Shown piece by piece: positions 49,158 to 60,116 of a stretch of DNA of 64,000 nt; the first letter of the stretch is position 1, and each line of letters starts with the position of its first letter. Source of the stretch: Gammaproteobacteria bacterium (GTDB lineage: Bacteria > Pseudomonadota > Gammaproteobacteria > GCA-002705445 > GCA-002716945). Both the position numbers and the translations under genes were made by a program. The notes beneath the pieces are model-generated. The model was not told where the DNA came from. It made no database searches and worked only from the letters and a program-made list of their open reading frames with translations. The stretch spans positions 1 to 64,000 of the forward strand of contig JBJKYD010000012.1 in the NCBI GenBank assembly GCA_045561295.1, read 5' to 3'.

Positions 49158-49872
49158 TTTTTTTAAAAAGTACCTACCAGTTCTTTTGATATTTGTCTTT
49201 TCTGAAAAAGTAAATGCTTTACCAAATATATATAATGCAACATATAGTTTACAAAAAAGTGGAATAGAATTTGGGCATTCAATTCATAGTTCAAGCTATG
49301 ATACTGAATCCAATGAATGGTGCCTAAAAATAGATAGCTATACCGTAGGAATATTTAGCATAAAAAAAGATAATAGAAGCGAAATGAGCTGTTTTTATTA
49401 TAATAAAAAAAAATATTTAGAATTTCTAAATAATGAATCAACAGAAAATGACTTTGTAAAAACAAATAGTTATATGTTTTCTAGAATTAGTTCTAAGAAA
49501 AATCAAATGATTCAAATTAGAAGAATTAATAATCTTCTGGTTACTTCAAAAGACGGGAAAACTATAACTCATGGAGCAGATATTAATATTGATAGATTAG
49601 TAGCGCAATCATTTGGTTATGCTTATACAAATGTTTTAGTTAACGATAAAGGGAGAGAACGTGAATATAGGTTTGAGATTCTTGGAAAAGATACTATTGC
49701 TTCACCATTTGGATTAACTGAAGCGCTTATTGTTAAAAAAAATATTAGCCAAAGTAAAAGAAGTACCATCACTTGGTATTCAATAGAAAATAATTATATA
49801 CCTATTGTAATTGAACAATATAGATTAGATAAACTTAAAGTTACTGCAAAACTTATTAACCTTGAGCAGTGA
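49150..49872 (+). CDS. Secreted protein, DUF3108-like
   Basis: Signal peptide; Y.A.Y, Y.F...G.DTI.SP.G...A..V, W.......P..IEQ; downstream of purN. Confidence 0.6.
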   Translation: MINFFKKYLPVLLIFVFSEKVNALPNIYNATYSLQKSGIEFGHSIHSSSYDTESNEWCLKIDSYTVGIFSIKKDNRSEMSCFYYNKKKYLEFLNNESTENDFVKTNSYMFSRISSKKNQMIQIRRINNLLVTSKDGKTITHGADINIDRLVAQSFGYAYTNVLVNDKGREREYRFEILGKDTIASPFGLTEALIVKKNISQSKRSTITWYSIENNYIPIVIEQYRLDKLKVTAKLINLEQ

Positions 49873-51069
49873 CTATTTTTTTCTTGTTTTCAGCCTAAGT
49901 GCATTAATTTTTATAAAGCCCTCAGCGTCCCTTTGATTATATGCTCCAGAGTCGTTCTCAAATGTTGATAAATCCTCAGAATATAATGAATATTCAGATC
50001 TTCTCCCCTCAACAATGACATTACCTTTATATAATCTAAGTCTAACATCACCAGAAACTCTCTTTTGAGATTGATCAATCAAGCTTTGAAGAGATTCTCT
50101 CTCCGGGCTAAACCAATAACCATTATAAATTAATCTTGAGTATCTATTAGTTAAATCTTCTTTTAAATGAAGCATTTCTCTGTCTAGCGTTATCGATTCT
50201 ATTGCCTTGTGAGCCTTGAAATAGATTGTTCCGCCCGGAGTTTCATAACATCCTCTAGATTTAATACCAACGTATCTATTCTCAACAATATCATCTCTGC
50301 CAATGCCATGATTACCAGCTATTATGTTAAGTTGATTTAATACTTTAGAAGGGCTCATTTTTTTATTATTGATAGCAACTATGTCGCCCTTATCAAAAGT
50401 CAATTGGAGTAACTCTGATCTTGATTTACTTTTTTCAAGAGATTTTGTTCTCAACCACATTACTTCTTCAGGTCTCTTCCATGGATCCTCCAAAATACCT
50501 CCCTCATATGATGTATGAAGAATGTTTGCGTCCATAGAGTATGGGCTTTTTTTACCTTTATCAAAATCAACGGCAATTTTATGTTTCTTTGCATAACCCA
50601 TTAAATCTGATCTAGATATAAAGTCCCACTCTCTCCATGGCGCTATAACTTTAATTTTAGGATTTAATGCATAAGCAGCTAATTCGAATCTTACTTGATC
50701 ATTGCCTTTACCGGTTGCTCCATGACAGATATATTCAGCTTTTTCTTTCTTTGCTATTTCAATAAGTCTCTTACTTATAAGAGGACGAGCAATAGATGTT
50801 CCCAGAAAATATTCACCTTCGTAAATTGCATTTGCTCTGAACATTGGATAAACATAATTAGATACAAAATCCTCTCTAAGATCTTCGATATATATTTTTT
50901 TTATACCAAGTTTCTTAGCTTTTACTTTGGCATCTCTAGTTTCTTCACCTTGACCAATATCAGCAGTAAAAGTAATGACTTCAAGATCATAGTGCTCCAT
51001 AAGCCATTTAGCTATTACAGATGTATCTAGACCGCCAGAATAAGCTAATACAACTTTTTTAGGCTTCAT
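49873..51069 (-). CDS. argG: Argininosuccinate synthase
   Basis: [50 protein letters not shown]. Confidence 0.97.
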   Translation of the reverse strand: MKPKKVVLAYSGGLDTSVIAKWLMEHYDLEVITFTADIGQGEETRDAKVKAKKLGIKKIYIEDLREDFVSNYVYPMFRANAIYEGEYFLGTSIARPLISKRLIEIAKKEKAEYICHGATGKGNDQVRFELAAYALNPKIKVIAPWREWDFISRSDLMGYAKKHKIAVDFDKGKKSPYSMDANILHTSYEGGILEDPWKRPEEVMWLRTKSLEKSKSRSELLQLTFDKGDIVAINNKKMSPSKVLNQLNIIAGNHGIGRDDIVENRYVGIKSRGCYETPGGTIYFKAHKAIESITLDREMLHLKEDLTNRYSRLIYNGYWFSPERESLQSLIDQSQKRVSGDVRLRLYKGNVIVEGRRSEYSLYSEDLSTFENDSGAYNQRDAEGFIKINALRLKTRKK

Positions 51070-51517
51070 TCATTTCCTCTGATGATTGCATTTCAGGCTC
51101 TACCCATCTGAAACCCTTATCAGTTGCTTCTTTTTTCCAAAATGGCGCTTCACTTTTTAGTGCCTCCATAATCTGTCTTGTAGCTTCAAAAGCTTCGTCT
51201 CTGTGTTCTGACCACGAAGCAACAAGCACAATTGGATCTGAAGGGTTTACAAGCCCTACTCTGTGTAAGACGATTGAATCGATAATCTTATATTTCTTTG
51301 TTGCATTTTGAACAATTTTCTCGAGGTAACCCTCTGTCATATCAGGATAATGTTGCAATTCCATAGATTTAATTGCATCCCCAGAATTAATGTCTCTCAT
51401 AGTTCCTAGAAAGACGCTACAAGCTCCTATATTATTTTTTTCTTTGAGTTGGGATCTTTTATATTCGACAAGTTTTTGCCAAGGATCGAATTCTTCATTT
51501 ATAATTTCAATATACAT
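51059..51517 (-). CDS. moaE: Molybdopterin synthase catalytic subunit
   Basis: GA...F.G..RD, HYP.MT, HRVG, S.HR..AF.A...ME.LK..APFWKKE. Confidence 0.93.
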   Translation of the reverse strand: MYIEIINEEFDPWQKLVEYKRSQLKEKNNIGACSVFLGTMRDINSGDAIKSMELQHYPDMTEGYLEKIVQNATKKYKIIDSIVLHRVGLVNPSDPIVLVASWSEHRDEAFEATRQIMEALKSEAPFWKKEATDKGFRWVEPEMQSSEEMNEA

Positions 51518-51519
51518 TT

Positions 51520-51753
51520 TTAACCACCTGTTACTGGAGGAAAGAATGCAATCTCATCATTTTCAGATAGCAGATAGGACATATCTACATATTCATGATT
51601 TACTGCAACCATCACCTTTCCAGTGTATTTAATATTTTTTGAAACATCTGCCCAAATATCACCAGCGGTTATTTTATCCTGCCATTCTATTTGTTCAGAG
51701 GTTTTTCCTATCGCATCACTGATACTTGCAAAGTATTTTACTACAATTACCAT
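51520..51753 (-). CDS. moaD: Molybdopterin synthase sulfur carrier
   Basis: V.YFA, AVN.EY, DE.AFFPPVTGG C-terminus. Confidence 0.92.
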   Translation of the reverse strand: MVIVVKYFASISDAIGKTSEQIEWQDKITAGDIWADVSKNIKYTGKVMVAVNHEYVDMSYLLSENDEIAFFPPVTGG

Positions 51754-51814
51754 TATTATGACTGAATGATACATTCATGTGTCGGTAAACTCAAATCTAA
51801 TATATTTATCTAAA

Positions 51815-52072
51815 CTATGATGCTTTAGATTTATTGCTTAAAATTACACCCAATAGAATACTTACATAACAAATGATTAGATATATCCAGTCACCATCAT
51901 TTATTAAAGGATAAATTGGTATCAAAGGGAAAAACATAGCTGTCCCAATAAAACCGACAAGAATATGAAATATTCCATATTCAGGAAAGGTTTGTGCGAG
52001 TATTCCAAAGCTTGCAAAAAATGATGTGATGATAGCTATGCTGTAAAAAATATAAGATAGAATCTTTAACAT
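51815..52072 (-). CDS. Small 3-TM hypothetical membrane protein
   Basis: ATG 52072 directly after the moaA stop; hydrophobic helices. Confidence 0.55.
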   Translation of the reverse strand: MLKILSYIFYSIAIITSFFASFGILAQTFPEYGIFHILVGFIGTAMFFPLIPIYPLINDGDWIYLIICYVSILLGVILSNKSKAS

Positions 52073-52073
52073 A

Positions 52074-53093
52074 TTATCCGCCGATATAAGACATCTCGAC
52101 TTTTGGTGAATCAATTTTATTTATGAATCTGAGCTCTGAATATCTATCTGCTCTCTTACTCCATATATTATAAAAGTAGTCTAAAACATCTTGGCCACTT
52201 GCTCCCGCTCTAATAATTTTTTTAAGATCATGTCCCTCCGTAGCAAATAGACATGTGTATAACTTTCCATCAACAGAAAGTCTTGCCCTATTGCATCCAT
52301 TGCAAAATGGTTCGGTAATAGATGAAATAAAGCCCACAGAAGTATTTGTATTATCTATAGACCATTTTTGTGCTGTGGAAGATTTATTAGTATCAATCAG
52401 CGAAAGGTTATATTTTGAAATGATCAATTTTAAAAGTTGACTTGATGGCACAACTTTATCTAGGTTCCAGTTATTTGATTCACCAACATCCATATATTCA
52501 ATGAATCTTACTTCTGAATTTATCCCAATCATTTTATCAATAATATCTAATACTTCTTCATCATTTATACTTTTAATAACAACAGTATTTGTCTTTACTA
52601 TATTGAAATATTTTTCTATGCCTTCTAAGACTTTATCAAGGTCAAATGTTTTTTTAGTCCCATTTATTTGTACAGTCTTATCAAAGTGCAATGTATCCAG
52701 GCTGAGAGTAACTGAATCTAAGCCTGAAGCTTTTAGCTCATTCAGTTTCTTGTCTGTAAGAAGAGAACCGTTTGTGGTCATACTTACATCTTTGATACCT
52801 ACTTCATTTTTTAGTTTATAAATTAACTTATCTATATTTTTTCTTAATAAGGGTTCTCCACCGGTAATCCTTATCTTTTTTAGTCCAATTTTCTTTAATA
52901 TTGTTGATATTTGAATAATCTCCTCATAGGATAAAATTTTACTTTGTTTGATATAACTATAGTCCTTATTAAATATTTCAGAAGGCATACAATAGCTACA
53001 TCTATAGTTACAACGGTCTGTAACTGATATCCTAAGATATTCGAATTCACGTGATAGCATGTCTTTGTATTTATTTACAGTATCGACATTCAT
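52074..53093 (-). CDS. moaA: GTP 3',8-cyclase
   Basis: LRISVTDRCNYRCSYCMP, ITGGEPLLR, RFIEYM, FC..CNRARL...G.LY.CLF, MSYIGG. Confidence 0.95.
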   Translation of the reverse strand: MNVDTVNKYKDMLSREFEYLRISVTDRCNYRCSYCMPSEIFNKDYSYIKQSKILSYEEIIQISTILKKIGLKKIRITGGEPLLRKNIDKLIYKLKNEVGIKDVSMTTNGSLLTDKKLNELKASGLDSVTLSLDTLHFDKTVQINGTKKTFDLDKVLEGIEKYFNIVKTNTVVIKSINDEEVLDIIDKMIGINSEVRFIEYMDVGESNNWNLDKVVPSSQLLKLIISKYNLSLIDTNKSSTAQKWSIDNTNTSVGFISSITEPFCNGCNRARLSVDGKLYTCLFATEGHDLKKIIRAGASGQDVLDYFYNIWSKRADRYSELRFINKIDSPKVEMSYIGG

Positions 53094-53838
53094 CGTCTTT
53101 ATTGATTTTGATTGTTTTAAAATCATTATTTTTTAGATCTAATAGAAAAAGTTTACTTTCAAATGTTTTTCCAAATTTGCACAACACTTTGATACATTCT
53201 GTCGCTAAGATAGTGCCAACGAAACCAGTAACACTTCCAAGAATACCTGAATCTAGACATGTATTTTTTGTATTAGGAAGATCTGAATATAAACATCGAT
53301 AACATGGTTCGTTATCAATATCATTTCTAAAGACTGCAACTTGCCCTTCAAACTTTAATGCTGCTCCTGATATAAGTGGTATTCGATGTAAAAGAGATAT
53401 TTGATTAATAAGGGTTCTTGCCTCAAAGTTATCTGTACAGTCAATAATTACATCAAATTCTTTGAGTTTGCTTGTATCAAATCTTTGATCAACCCTAGAC
53501 TTATCAGTCTTTATTATTAAATCAGAGTTGAGTTCCAGTAGTCTTTTTGATGCCGCATCTACTTTGTTTTTATTAAGATCGTTTTCAGTGAATAGAGTTT
53601 GTCTATTAAGATTGGTTAATGATACTGTATCGTCATCTATTAGCAATAAGGTCCCGAGGCCAGAAGATGCAAGGTATGTAGATACCGGACAACCTAGACC
53701 GCCTAGACCAATGATTGCAACTTTTGAATTTATAAGTATTGTTTGTCCATCAATATCAACTTCAGGAAGAACAATATGTCTATTATATCTTAGTAATTGT
53801 TTGTCAGTTAAATCAGCCTTTGTTTTTTTGGCTAGCAT
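53071..53838 (-). CDS. moeB: Molybdopterin-synthase adenylyltransferase (MoeB/ThiF)
   Basis: RY.RHI.L, G.GGLG, D.V..TNL.RQ, DCTDNF..R, PCYRCL, C..C C-terminus. Confidence 0.88.
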   Translation of the reverse strand: MLAKKTKADLTDKQLLRYNRHIVLPEVDIDGQTILINSKVAIIGLGGLGCPVSTYLASSGLGTLLLIDDDTVSLTNLNRQTLFTENDLNKNKVDAASKRLLELNSDLIIKTDKSRVDQRFDTSKLKEFDVIIDCTDNFEARTLINQISLLHRIPLISGAALKFEGQVAVFRNDIDNEPCYRCLYSDLPNTKNTCLDSGILGSVTGFVGTILATECIKVLCKFGKTFESKLFLLDLKNNDFKTIKINKDDECRYCK

Positions 53839-54106
53839 TAAATTTATCCAGTTGTTCTTTTGTTGCCTCTTTCTGATATTTTTCTTTATAACTATCATAA
53901 GGCATTCCATATATTAACTCTCTTGCAGCATCATATGATAATTCTTCACCTTGGGAGGAAGACTCTGATACATACCATTTTGAAATACAATTTCTGCAAA
54001 AGTTCGCCAAATTCATTAAATCAATATTTTGGACATCAGGATTCTCTTGCAAATGCTTCACAATTCTCCTGAATGTTGCAGCTTCAATTTCTGTTTTTTT
54101 ATTCAT
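53813..54106 (-). CDS. DUF1244 family protein
   Basis: EAA.FRR.V.HL....DVQNIDLMNLA.FCRNC..KW...IYGMPY..K..YQ. Confidence 0.85.
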   Translation of the reverse strand: MNKKTEIEAATFRRIVKHLQENPDVQNIDLMNLANFCRNCISKWYVSESSSQGEELSYDAARELIYGMPYDSYKEKYQKEATKEQLDKFNASQKNKG

Positions 54107-54145
54107 GACCTAATACTACTATATATATAGTGATGGATAAATAAA

Positions 54146-55027
54146 TTAACGCCTAGAATTTGCTAATTTAATACCCGATAAGATTACTGCTAAACCTAAA
54201 ATATAATTCCAACTAAATGCATCATCCAGTATCAATATGCCAAAAAGAATAGCCCAAAGCGGTATAAGGAAGTTCATAATTGATAAAAAGGATGCGCCTG
54301 ATGTTTGTAATATTTGGAAATAAATTATTGTTGCAATGGCAGTACACAATATGCCTAGTAGAAGAATATTAGTATTAAGCATCAACTCGCTTATATCAGG
54401 ATTACTTTTATCTATAAATAACAGATATATTGACATGAAAAATGTCGCAAAGAGTATTGTTCCTGTAGAGGCACTGACAGGATCAGTCATTTTATATTTT
54501 TTACCGTAAATAGCAGCTACAGAATACAAGGTAGATCCTAGCATTACCAACAATTGAGATTCTAAAGTCAAGCTAAATGAATTATTTATAAACAGATCAT
54601 CTCGGTATATAAGAATAAAAACACCAAAAAAAGATATTATAAATCCGATGAACTTCTGTTGATTCATTTTTTCATCTACTAGAAAGAAGTGTGATAGTAG
54701 AATTGTAGTTATCGGCATCGTAGCCATAAGTATACCGGCCATAGCACTATCAATATTTTTTTGTCCGTTTATAATTGCAATGAAAGGAATAACAATTCCT
54801 ACAAGACTCATAAAAAGATAATAATTTAACTCAGAGAAACTGATTGTGAATCTCTTATACATAAAATAGACAAGCACAACAAGAAATATTGAACCTGAGA
54901 TTAATCTACCTGCAACAATGACCTCCGGAGTATAGAAATCTAGAGCTAATTTATTCAAAGTGAATGCTCCGCCCCATATAGCAGATAGTATTATTAGAAG
55001 GAACCAGTTAGTTTTAAATAAATTCAT
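54146..55027 (-). CDS. EamA/DMT family transporter
   Basis: WG.AF, about 10 TM helices, two EamA repeats, LG..CTA.A...YF. Confidence 0.9.
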   Translation of the reverse strand: MNLFKTNWFLLIILSAIWGGAFTLNKLALDFYTPEVIVAGRLISGSIFLVVLVYFMYKRFTISFSELNYYLFMSLVGIVIPFIAIINGQKNIDSAMAGILMATMPITTILLSHFFLVDEKMNQQKFIGFIISFFGVFILIYRDDLFINNSFSLTLESQLLVMLGSTLYSVAAIYGKKYKMTDPVSASTGTILFATFFMSIYLLFIDKSNPDISELMLNTNILLLGILCTAIATIIYFQILQTSGASFLSIMNFLIPLWAILFGILILDDAFSWNYILGLAVILSGIKLANSRR

Positions 55028-55050
55028 GTTAATATAATTAAGGTAAGTGT

Positions 55051-55710
55051 ATGAAAATTCTGTCTATAAATGTTTCTGAGCCACAAAAGGTTACTTTTAA
55101 TGGTAAAGAGCTTATCACAAGTATTTATAAAAAGCCTGTAAGTAACAAAGTTACCGTATCATCGCAAGGAATTGAAGGTGATAGACAAGCAGATTTAACT
55201 GTTCATGGCGGTTATGATAAAGCTGTATATGCATATTCATATACACATTATCAAACGTGGAGTGAAAAGCTAAATAGTGCTTTCAAAGATTATGGTTTAG
55301 TCGGCGAGAATTTGACAATTGATGATTTCGATGAAGACAAAATTAATATTGGAGATCAATTCAAAATAAATGAATGTTTACTCCAAGTAAGTCAGCCAAG
55401 AATCCCATGCTACAAAATAGGAATTAAACTAAATAGCAGAGAATTTCCAAAAATGTTTTCTCAATCAGGATTGCTTGGTAGTTATCTACGCGTAATCCAT
55501 GATGGTGAAATTAGCACAGGTGATGTAATTCATAAAGTGCACTCTGAAGAAAACTCTATGAGTATAAAAGATATTGCTCATTTGTTGTTTGTTGATGTAA
55601 AAAATATTGAATTAATGAAACAAGCATTAGATATAAAGCCTTTGACTGAAGAGATAAAAGAAAAATTTAGGGAACGACTAATGAAGTTAGGTGATTTTTC
55701 CTCTTTATAA
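55051..55710 (+). CDS. MOSC domain protein (YiiM-like)
   Basis: GD.QAD..VHGG.DKAVY.Y...HY..W, GENLT, QVSQPR.PC.K, G.YLRV...G. Confidence 0.9.
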   Translation: MKILSINVSEPQKVTFNGKELITSIYKKPVSNKVTVSSQGIEGDRQADLTVHGGYDKAVYAYSYTHYQTWSEKLNSAFKDYGLVGENLTIDDFDEDKINIGDQFKINECLLQVSQPRIPCYKIGIKLNSREFPKMFSQSGLLGSYLRVIHDGEISTGDVIHKVHSEENSMSIKDIAHLLFVDVKNIELMKQALDIKPLTEEIKEKFRERLMKLGDFSSL

Positions 55711-55712
55711 AT

Positions 55713-55931
55713 ATGCTGAAACGTCAGAACCTAAAAATAGTAGAGAACCATGTGACAGTCGCATCTTGTAATGGAGATGTTGTTTCTGGCAAGCATCCTA
55801 ATGTATATCTAACATTAAAAGATGGGAGTGCAGAATGTTATTACTGTGGTAAGATATTTGTCACAAAGGATGTACATGAAAAGCATCTTAGTAAAACTAG
55901 AAAAAACTTTAAGAAAAATAAGAATGTTTAA
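55713..55931 (+). CDS. zf-CHCC zinc-finger protein
   Basis: C.G......HP.VYL.......C.YCG..F. Confidence 0.8.
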   Translation: MLKRQNLKIVENHVTVASCNGDVVSGKHPNVYLTLKDGSAECYYCGKIFVTKDVHEKHLSKTRKNFKKNKNV

Positions 55932-56379
55932 AAAAAGAGAGACAATAAAACAAGTAGAAGAAGGAAATGACCTAGCTCCTAAATTTGATAAAAATGGTTT
56001 TATTCCTGTAGTAACCACGGATGCTAAAACAGGAGTTGTTCTAATGCATGCATATATGAATGAGGAAGCATTAAAAAAGACAATAACAACAAGACAAGCT
56101 CATTATTACAGTCGTAGTAGAAAGTGTTTATGGCATAAAGGTGCTACTAGCGGCCTAATCCAAGATATAAAAAATATTTTTATTGATGATGATCAAGATT
56201 GTATATGGCTCAATGTTTCAGTAAGAGGTGAAGCAAGCTGTCACGTTGGATACAAGTCATGTTTTTATAGAGAGATTGACTTAAAATCAAAACAGCTAGA
56301 ATTGAAGTTTATTGAGGATGAAAAAATATTTGATCCTGAGGAAGTTTATGGCGACGTGCCAAATCCAACCATACTATAA
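55924..56379 (+). CDS. hisI: Phosphoribosyl-AMP cyclohydrolase
   Basis: VLM.AYMN.EAL, YYSRSR..LW.KG.TSG..Q, DDDQD, SCH.G..SCFYR. Confidence 0.92.
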   Translation: MFKKRETIKQVEEGNDLAPKFDKNGFIPVVTTDAKTGVVLMHAYMNEEALKKTITTRQAHYYSRSRKCLWHKGATSGLIQDIKNIFIDDDQDCIWLNVSVRGEASCHVGYKSCFYREIDLKSKQLELKFIEDEKIFDPEEVYGDVPNPTIL

Positions 56380-56380
56380 A

Positions 56381-56608
56381 CTACAAATTTAAATTTCTGA
56401 TAAAGAAGTTAGCTAACAGTCCTATTATGTATAGAGTAATTGCTAAATAAATTATTCCAAATGACATTGAAGAGAAAAAATATAAGATTGATGGAATTGG
56501 ACTATATTGAGAAAAATACCCATGAGTAAAATGAATGAATATTAATAGTGGAACAGAAATTAAAGCTCCATGGAGTATGTTATTAATTACATTTTTTAAA
56601 AAATTCAT
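56381..56608 (-). CDS. Small 2-TM hypothetical protein
   Basis: 75 aa; fills the gap between hisI and the RibD-like gene exactly. Confidence 0.55.
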   Translation of the reverse strand: MNFLKNVINNILHGALISVPLLIFIHFTHGYFSQYSPIPSILYFFSSMSFGIIYLAITLYIIGLLANFFIRNLNL

Positions 56609-56620
56609 ATAATCACTAGT

Positions 56621-57400
56621 ATGTCTAAAATCAGTATAACAAAAAAAACTGCCTGGTCACTTATTTTAAATATTAATGCTAAAACAAAATATAAAGCTAA
56701 AAGAAATATTATTGAAATAAGTGAAGAGTTTCAGAAAAATACTTTTCAAATTCGATATAACCGAAAAAAAAATTATATTGAAGATACTAATATAAATTTA
56801 AAAAAAGATATTGAAAATCTATTCCATATTTTTTTGCCCATAGTCTGTTTTCAAGGTAAAATTCAATATATCGCTCACATTGCTCAATCTCTTGATGGGT
56901 TTATTGCTACAGAATCAGGTGAGTCAAAATATATTAGTGGTAAAGAAAATCTTGAACATATTCATAGATTAAGAGCTGTCTCAGATATCATCATCGTTGG
57001 CGCAAAGACTTATCTTGAAGATAAGCCAAAACTAACAACTAGATTAGTAAAAGGCAATAATCCGTTGATTTATGTTTTTGATCCGAAGAGAATTTTGAGA
57101 AAAAAAGATATCATGGGTGATATAGTCCATTTAAGAGATAATCTGGATGAATTGAAAAAGACTTTACATAATAAAGATAAACAGACTATTTACATTGAGG
57201 GTGGTGGAAGGACTATATCTTATTTTATGAACAAAAATATTTTAAATAAAATTCACATTTGTTTGTGTCCTATCATTTTAGGAGGTGGACGACCATCGTT
57301 TGTACCTGATAAATATATCGAGCTTAATAATCAAAAATCCTTCAAGCCAAATCATTATCACATGGGTAAAGATATACTGTTTGATATTGAAATTAACTAA
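56621..57400 (+). CDS. RibD C-terminal-type reductase (no deaminase domain)
   Basis: AQSLDGFIAT..GES..ISG.E...H.HRLRA.SD...VGA.T...D.P.LT.R, IEGGG.T, P.ILG.G. Confidence 0.85.
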   Translation: MSKISITKKTAWSLILNINAKTKYKAKRNIIEISEEFQKNTFQIRYNRKKNYIEDTNINLKKDIENLFHIFLPIVCFQGKIQYIAHIAQSLDGFIATESGESKYISGKENLEHIHRLRAVSDIIIVGAKTYLEDKPKLTTRLVKGNNPLIYVFDPKRILRKKDIMGDIVHLRDNLDELKKTLHNKDKQTIYIEGGGRTISYFMNKNILNKIHICLCPIILGGGRPSFVPDKYIELNNQKSFKPNHYHMGKDILFDIEIN

Positions 57401-58267
57401 TTTTTCTGTTGATTAAGAAATACATACCAGGAAGTGAACAGAACAAATTAGTTAAACCATATACAATGGCGACAGTAACGCTTGCAGAAACCGTTAGCCC
57501 CAAAAGAAAAGATATTGCTAACGCAGTTGTTTCCCTAACACCCCCAGCCGCCCTATGCTTACAGGCAGAGTCATTGAAAATAATATAATTGGCGCAAAGA
57601 CAAAGAAGCTAATGATATCGATATCAAGATTAAGTGAAAATGCACAAATTATGTATGTAGTTATATAGGTTAATACAATTATTAATGATAAAAAGAAATG
57701 CTTGTAAAAAAGCTTGCCGCTAAAAATATATTTAAAATTAATAATATATTTATTATTTTGTTTGTATCTAAAAAATAATCTTATTAATAAGAAAAGTATG
57801 AGAATAGTCCCTATTACATAATAGAATGCAGTATATTTTTCATTAATAAAAAAAAATAATGACAGAGATATTATAAATGTTACAACTAATGTTATTTGAC
57901 CTGATAACCTTTCAAGAATGACGGATTGCAAGGATTTTAAGATATTTCCTCTTTTTTCCCCATTGATTTTTATATTTATACTTCTATAGATATCACCTAG
58001 TATCCCAGTTGGAAGAATATTATTTAAAAATCCAGATATATAGTAGAATCTTATTGCATCTTTGTAGTCGATTCTTGATCTTGTTTTAGAGGCAATGAAA
58101 TGCCATCTCCATGCCGATAAAAAATATTGAAGCAAGCTTAATAAAACAATTAAAGGTAAATATAATAGATTTACTTCTTTAATTATTAGTTTGATATCGT
58201 TTCCATAGTACACAATGAGATAGCTCATCAGTACTATTGAAAGAAAGTATTTAAGATTATTTTTCAC
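57393..58267 (-). CDS. Lysylphosphatidylglycerol-synthase TM/flippase-like protein (UPF0104); frameshifted near the 3' end
   Basis: SAWRW, YY...F.N..LP....GD..R, ER.SGQ, LP.S.G; removing one G from each of two G-runs (57541-57553) restores IGGWGVRE and a 290-aa ORF ending at 57393. Confidence 0.78.
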
Positions 58268-59136
58268 TTTTTATAAAGTAAGATATCATTATGCCCAACA
58301 TATAATTGGATTTTTTTATTATCAATTTCAGATTTTTTATCTTGATACCATTTTCTGAGTATATTTTTATCTATTCCCTCCATATGAAATAAAGACTTCT
58401 TGATATCGAGAAGATATCTTTTCATAAATACTTTATCTTTATCAAATCTATTTTTAATAATCCATGGTGAATCTTTTACAGTTATATTGAGATTAAGTTT
58501 GACTGCTTTTTGTTTTATAAATTCAATAGATTTACACCCCAGTGCCTTTCCAAATCCTTTGTCTGATCTTTGGTGATTATTAAAAAATGTTAGTATATAT
58601 TTATCAAATGTATTTGTAGGCGTCCACCTGACTTGGCCATTAAAACATAAGGAGAAATAAAGAATATTGTTTTTTTTAATTCTTTTTAATGCGCTAGCTA
58701 TTGATGGCTTAGGCATAATATCGAGTGCAGCTGAGTAACTTATTACATGATATTTTTCACTAGAGCATCTGTAACTATCACAATCATTTTTTTTAATTGA
58801 AATCGTAGATAATATTTCGTTATTTTTTTTAATAAGAAAATCAAGATTATTTGTATTTGACTGAATACTATACATTGGCCTTAAATGAGTTCTTAAATTA
58901 CTCTTTATTGATTTAAGTAATTTTATGTCGTGATCAACTAATATACAGTTGTTGAATAAGATATTTTTATCTAATGACCATATTAAAAAGTTACCTGATC
59001 CACAGTATAAATCTATAAGATCAATATCATGTTCTTGAGATAATTTATTTATATGATCAACTAAGACCGTACTTCGAGAAATATTATCATAGTCTACTCT
59101 CATATTAATCCATGATTTACTAAATTTATTACCCAT
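58264..59136 (-). CDS. Class I SAM methyltransferase-like protein
   Basis: F...W...R...D..SRS, DL.CG.G, VD.D..LL, SA.LD, FN.HQR.DKGFG.ALG, SPW, VGH.D. Confidence 0.72.
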   Translation of the reverse strand: MGNKFSKSWINMRVDYDNISRSTVLVDHINKLSQEHDIDLIDLYCGSGNFLIWSLDKNILFNNCILVDHDIKLLKSIKSNLRTHLRPMYSIQSNTNNLDFLIKKNNEILSTISIKKNDCDSYRCSSEKYHVISYSAALDIMPKPSIASALKRIKKNNILYFSLCFNGQVRWTPTNTFDKYILTFFNNHQRSDKGFGKALGCKSIEFIKQKAVKLNLNITVKDSPWIIKNRFDKDKVFMKRYLLDIKKSLFHMEGIDKNILRKWYQDKKSEIDNKKIQLYVGHNDILLYKK

Positions 59137-60115
59137 TTAATACCTGCTTAAAACTAGAACCGACATCTTCCCAACTTCTAGTCCTTAAATTAATGTGATT
59201 ATCATCAAATGATGTTTTGATAATAGCATCTGCAACTGCCCGTGGAGATTTTGAATCTGTGTAAGTTCTATTAAACCCCCTTAGGTTTTCTCTAAATACT
59301 GGTAAATCTGCTACAACTAGAGGTAGTCCAATAGTTGCACTCTCTATATTAGCCATTCCATAACCTTCATACTTACTTAGGCAAAGATAAACTCTGGAGT
59401 TTTTAAGATGTTCAATTAATATTTTTTCGTCATCAATAGTATTATGAAAAACAACTCTATTTTCTAAATTATAATAATTTATTTTTGAAATAAGATTCTT
59501 ATAATAAGGATCGCTGTCATAAAACCCGCCAAATATTGAAAGCGTCCACTTTTCACTAAGATGACTAAGCGTTTCAATACATTTTTCTATATTTTTTCTT
59601 GGGATAACAGAACCTGTAGTGGCTATATTATGGTTAATATTTAAATTTGTAATTTTATTCTGGTAATAAATATTGTCAACTCCAGGATATATAACATCAA
59701 TATTTTTATTTTTAGTTAACATATTCTTTATAATTTTTTTCATGGTATGGCTAACTGTAATGATTCTTTTTGCATGAGAAAATACTTTCCTTTCTTTAAG
59801 CTTAGAACTAATATCTCCATTTTTATTCTCCTCATAAGATACTGGGTGATGAATCAGCAAAATAATATTATATTTTTTTGAAAGTATTTTTATAAGATAA
59901 TTCATTTTCGATGCGACAAGACCATCAATTAGTAAAGTAGAGTTTTTTGGAATCATATTAATTTTAAAGAAGAACTTATATGATAATAAATTAATATCTT
60001 TTAGCATAACATTGATTATTTTACATCTATGAGTGTTAAGATAGTCGATAACATTTAAGTCATACTTGTTCCCACCAGATATACTTTTGAGATCTGGAGT
60101 AATAAAATAGTTCAC
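59129..60115 (-). CDS. GT4 glycosyltransferase
   Basis: SGG..YD, IDGL, L.HHP, PG, PRK, S.YEGYGMA..E....GLP. Confidence 0.85.
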   Translation of the reverse strand: MNYFITPDLKSISGGNKYDLNVIDYLNTHRCKIINVMLKDINLLSYKFFFKINMIPKNSTLLIDGLVASKMNYLIKILSKKYNIILLIHHPVSYEENKNGDISSKLKERKVFSHAKRIITVSHTMKKIIKNMLTKNKNIDVIYPGVDNIYYQNKITNLNINHNIATTGSVIPRKNIEKCIETLSHLSEKWTLSIFGGFYDSDPYYKNLISKINYYNLENRVVFHNTIDDEKILIEHLKNSRVYLCLSKYEGYGMANIESATIGLPLVVADLPVFRENLRGFNRTYTDSKSPRAVADAIIKTSFDDNHINLRTRSWEDVGSSFKQVLNG

Positions 60116-60116
60116 T

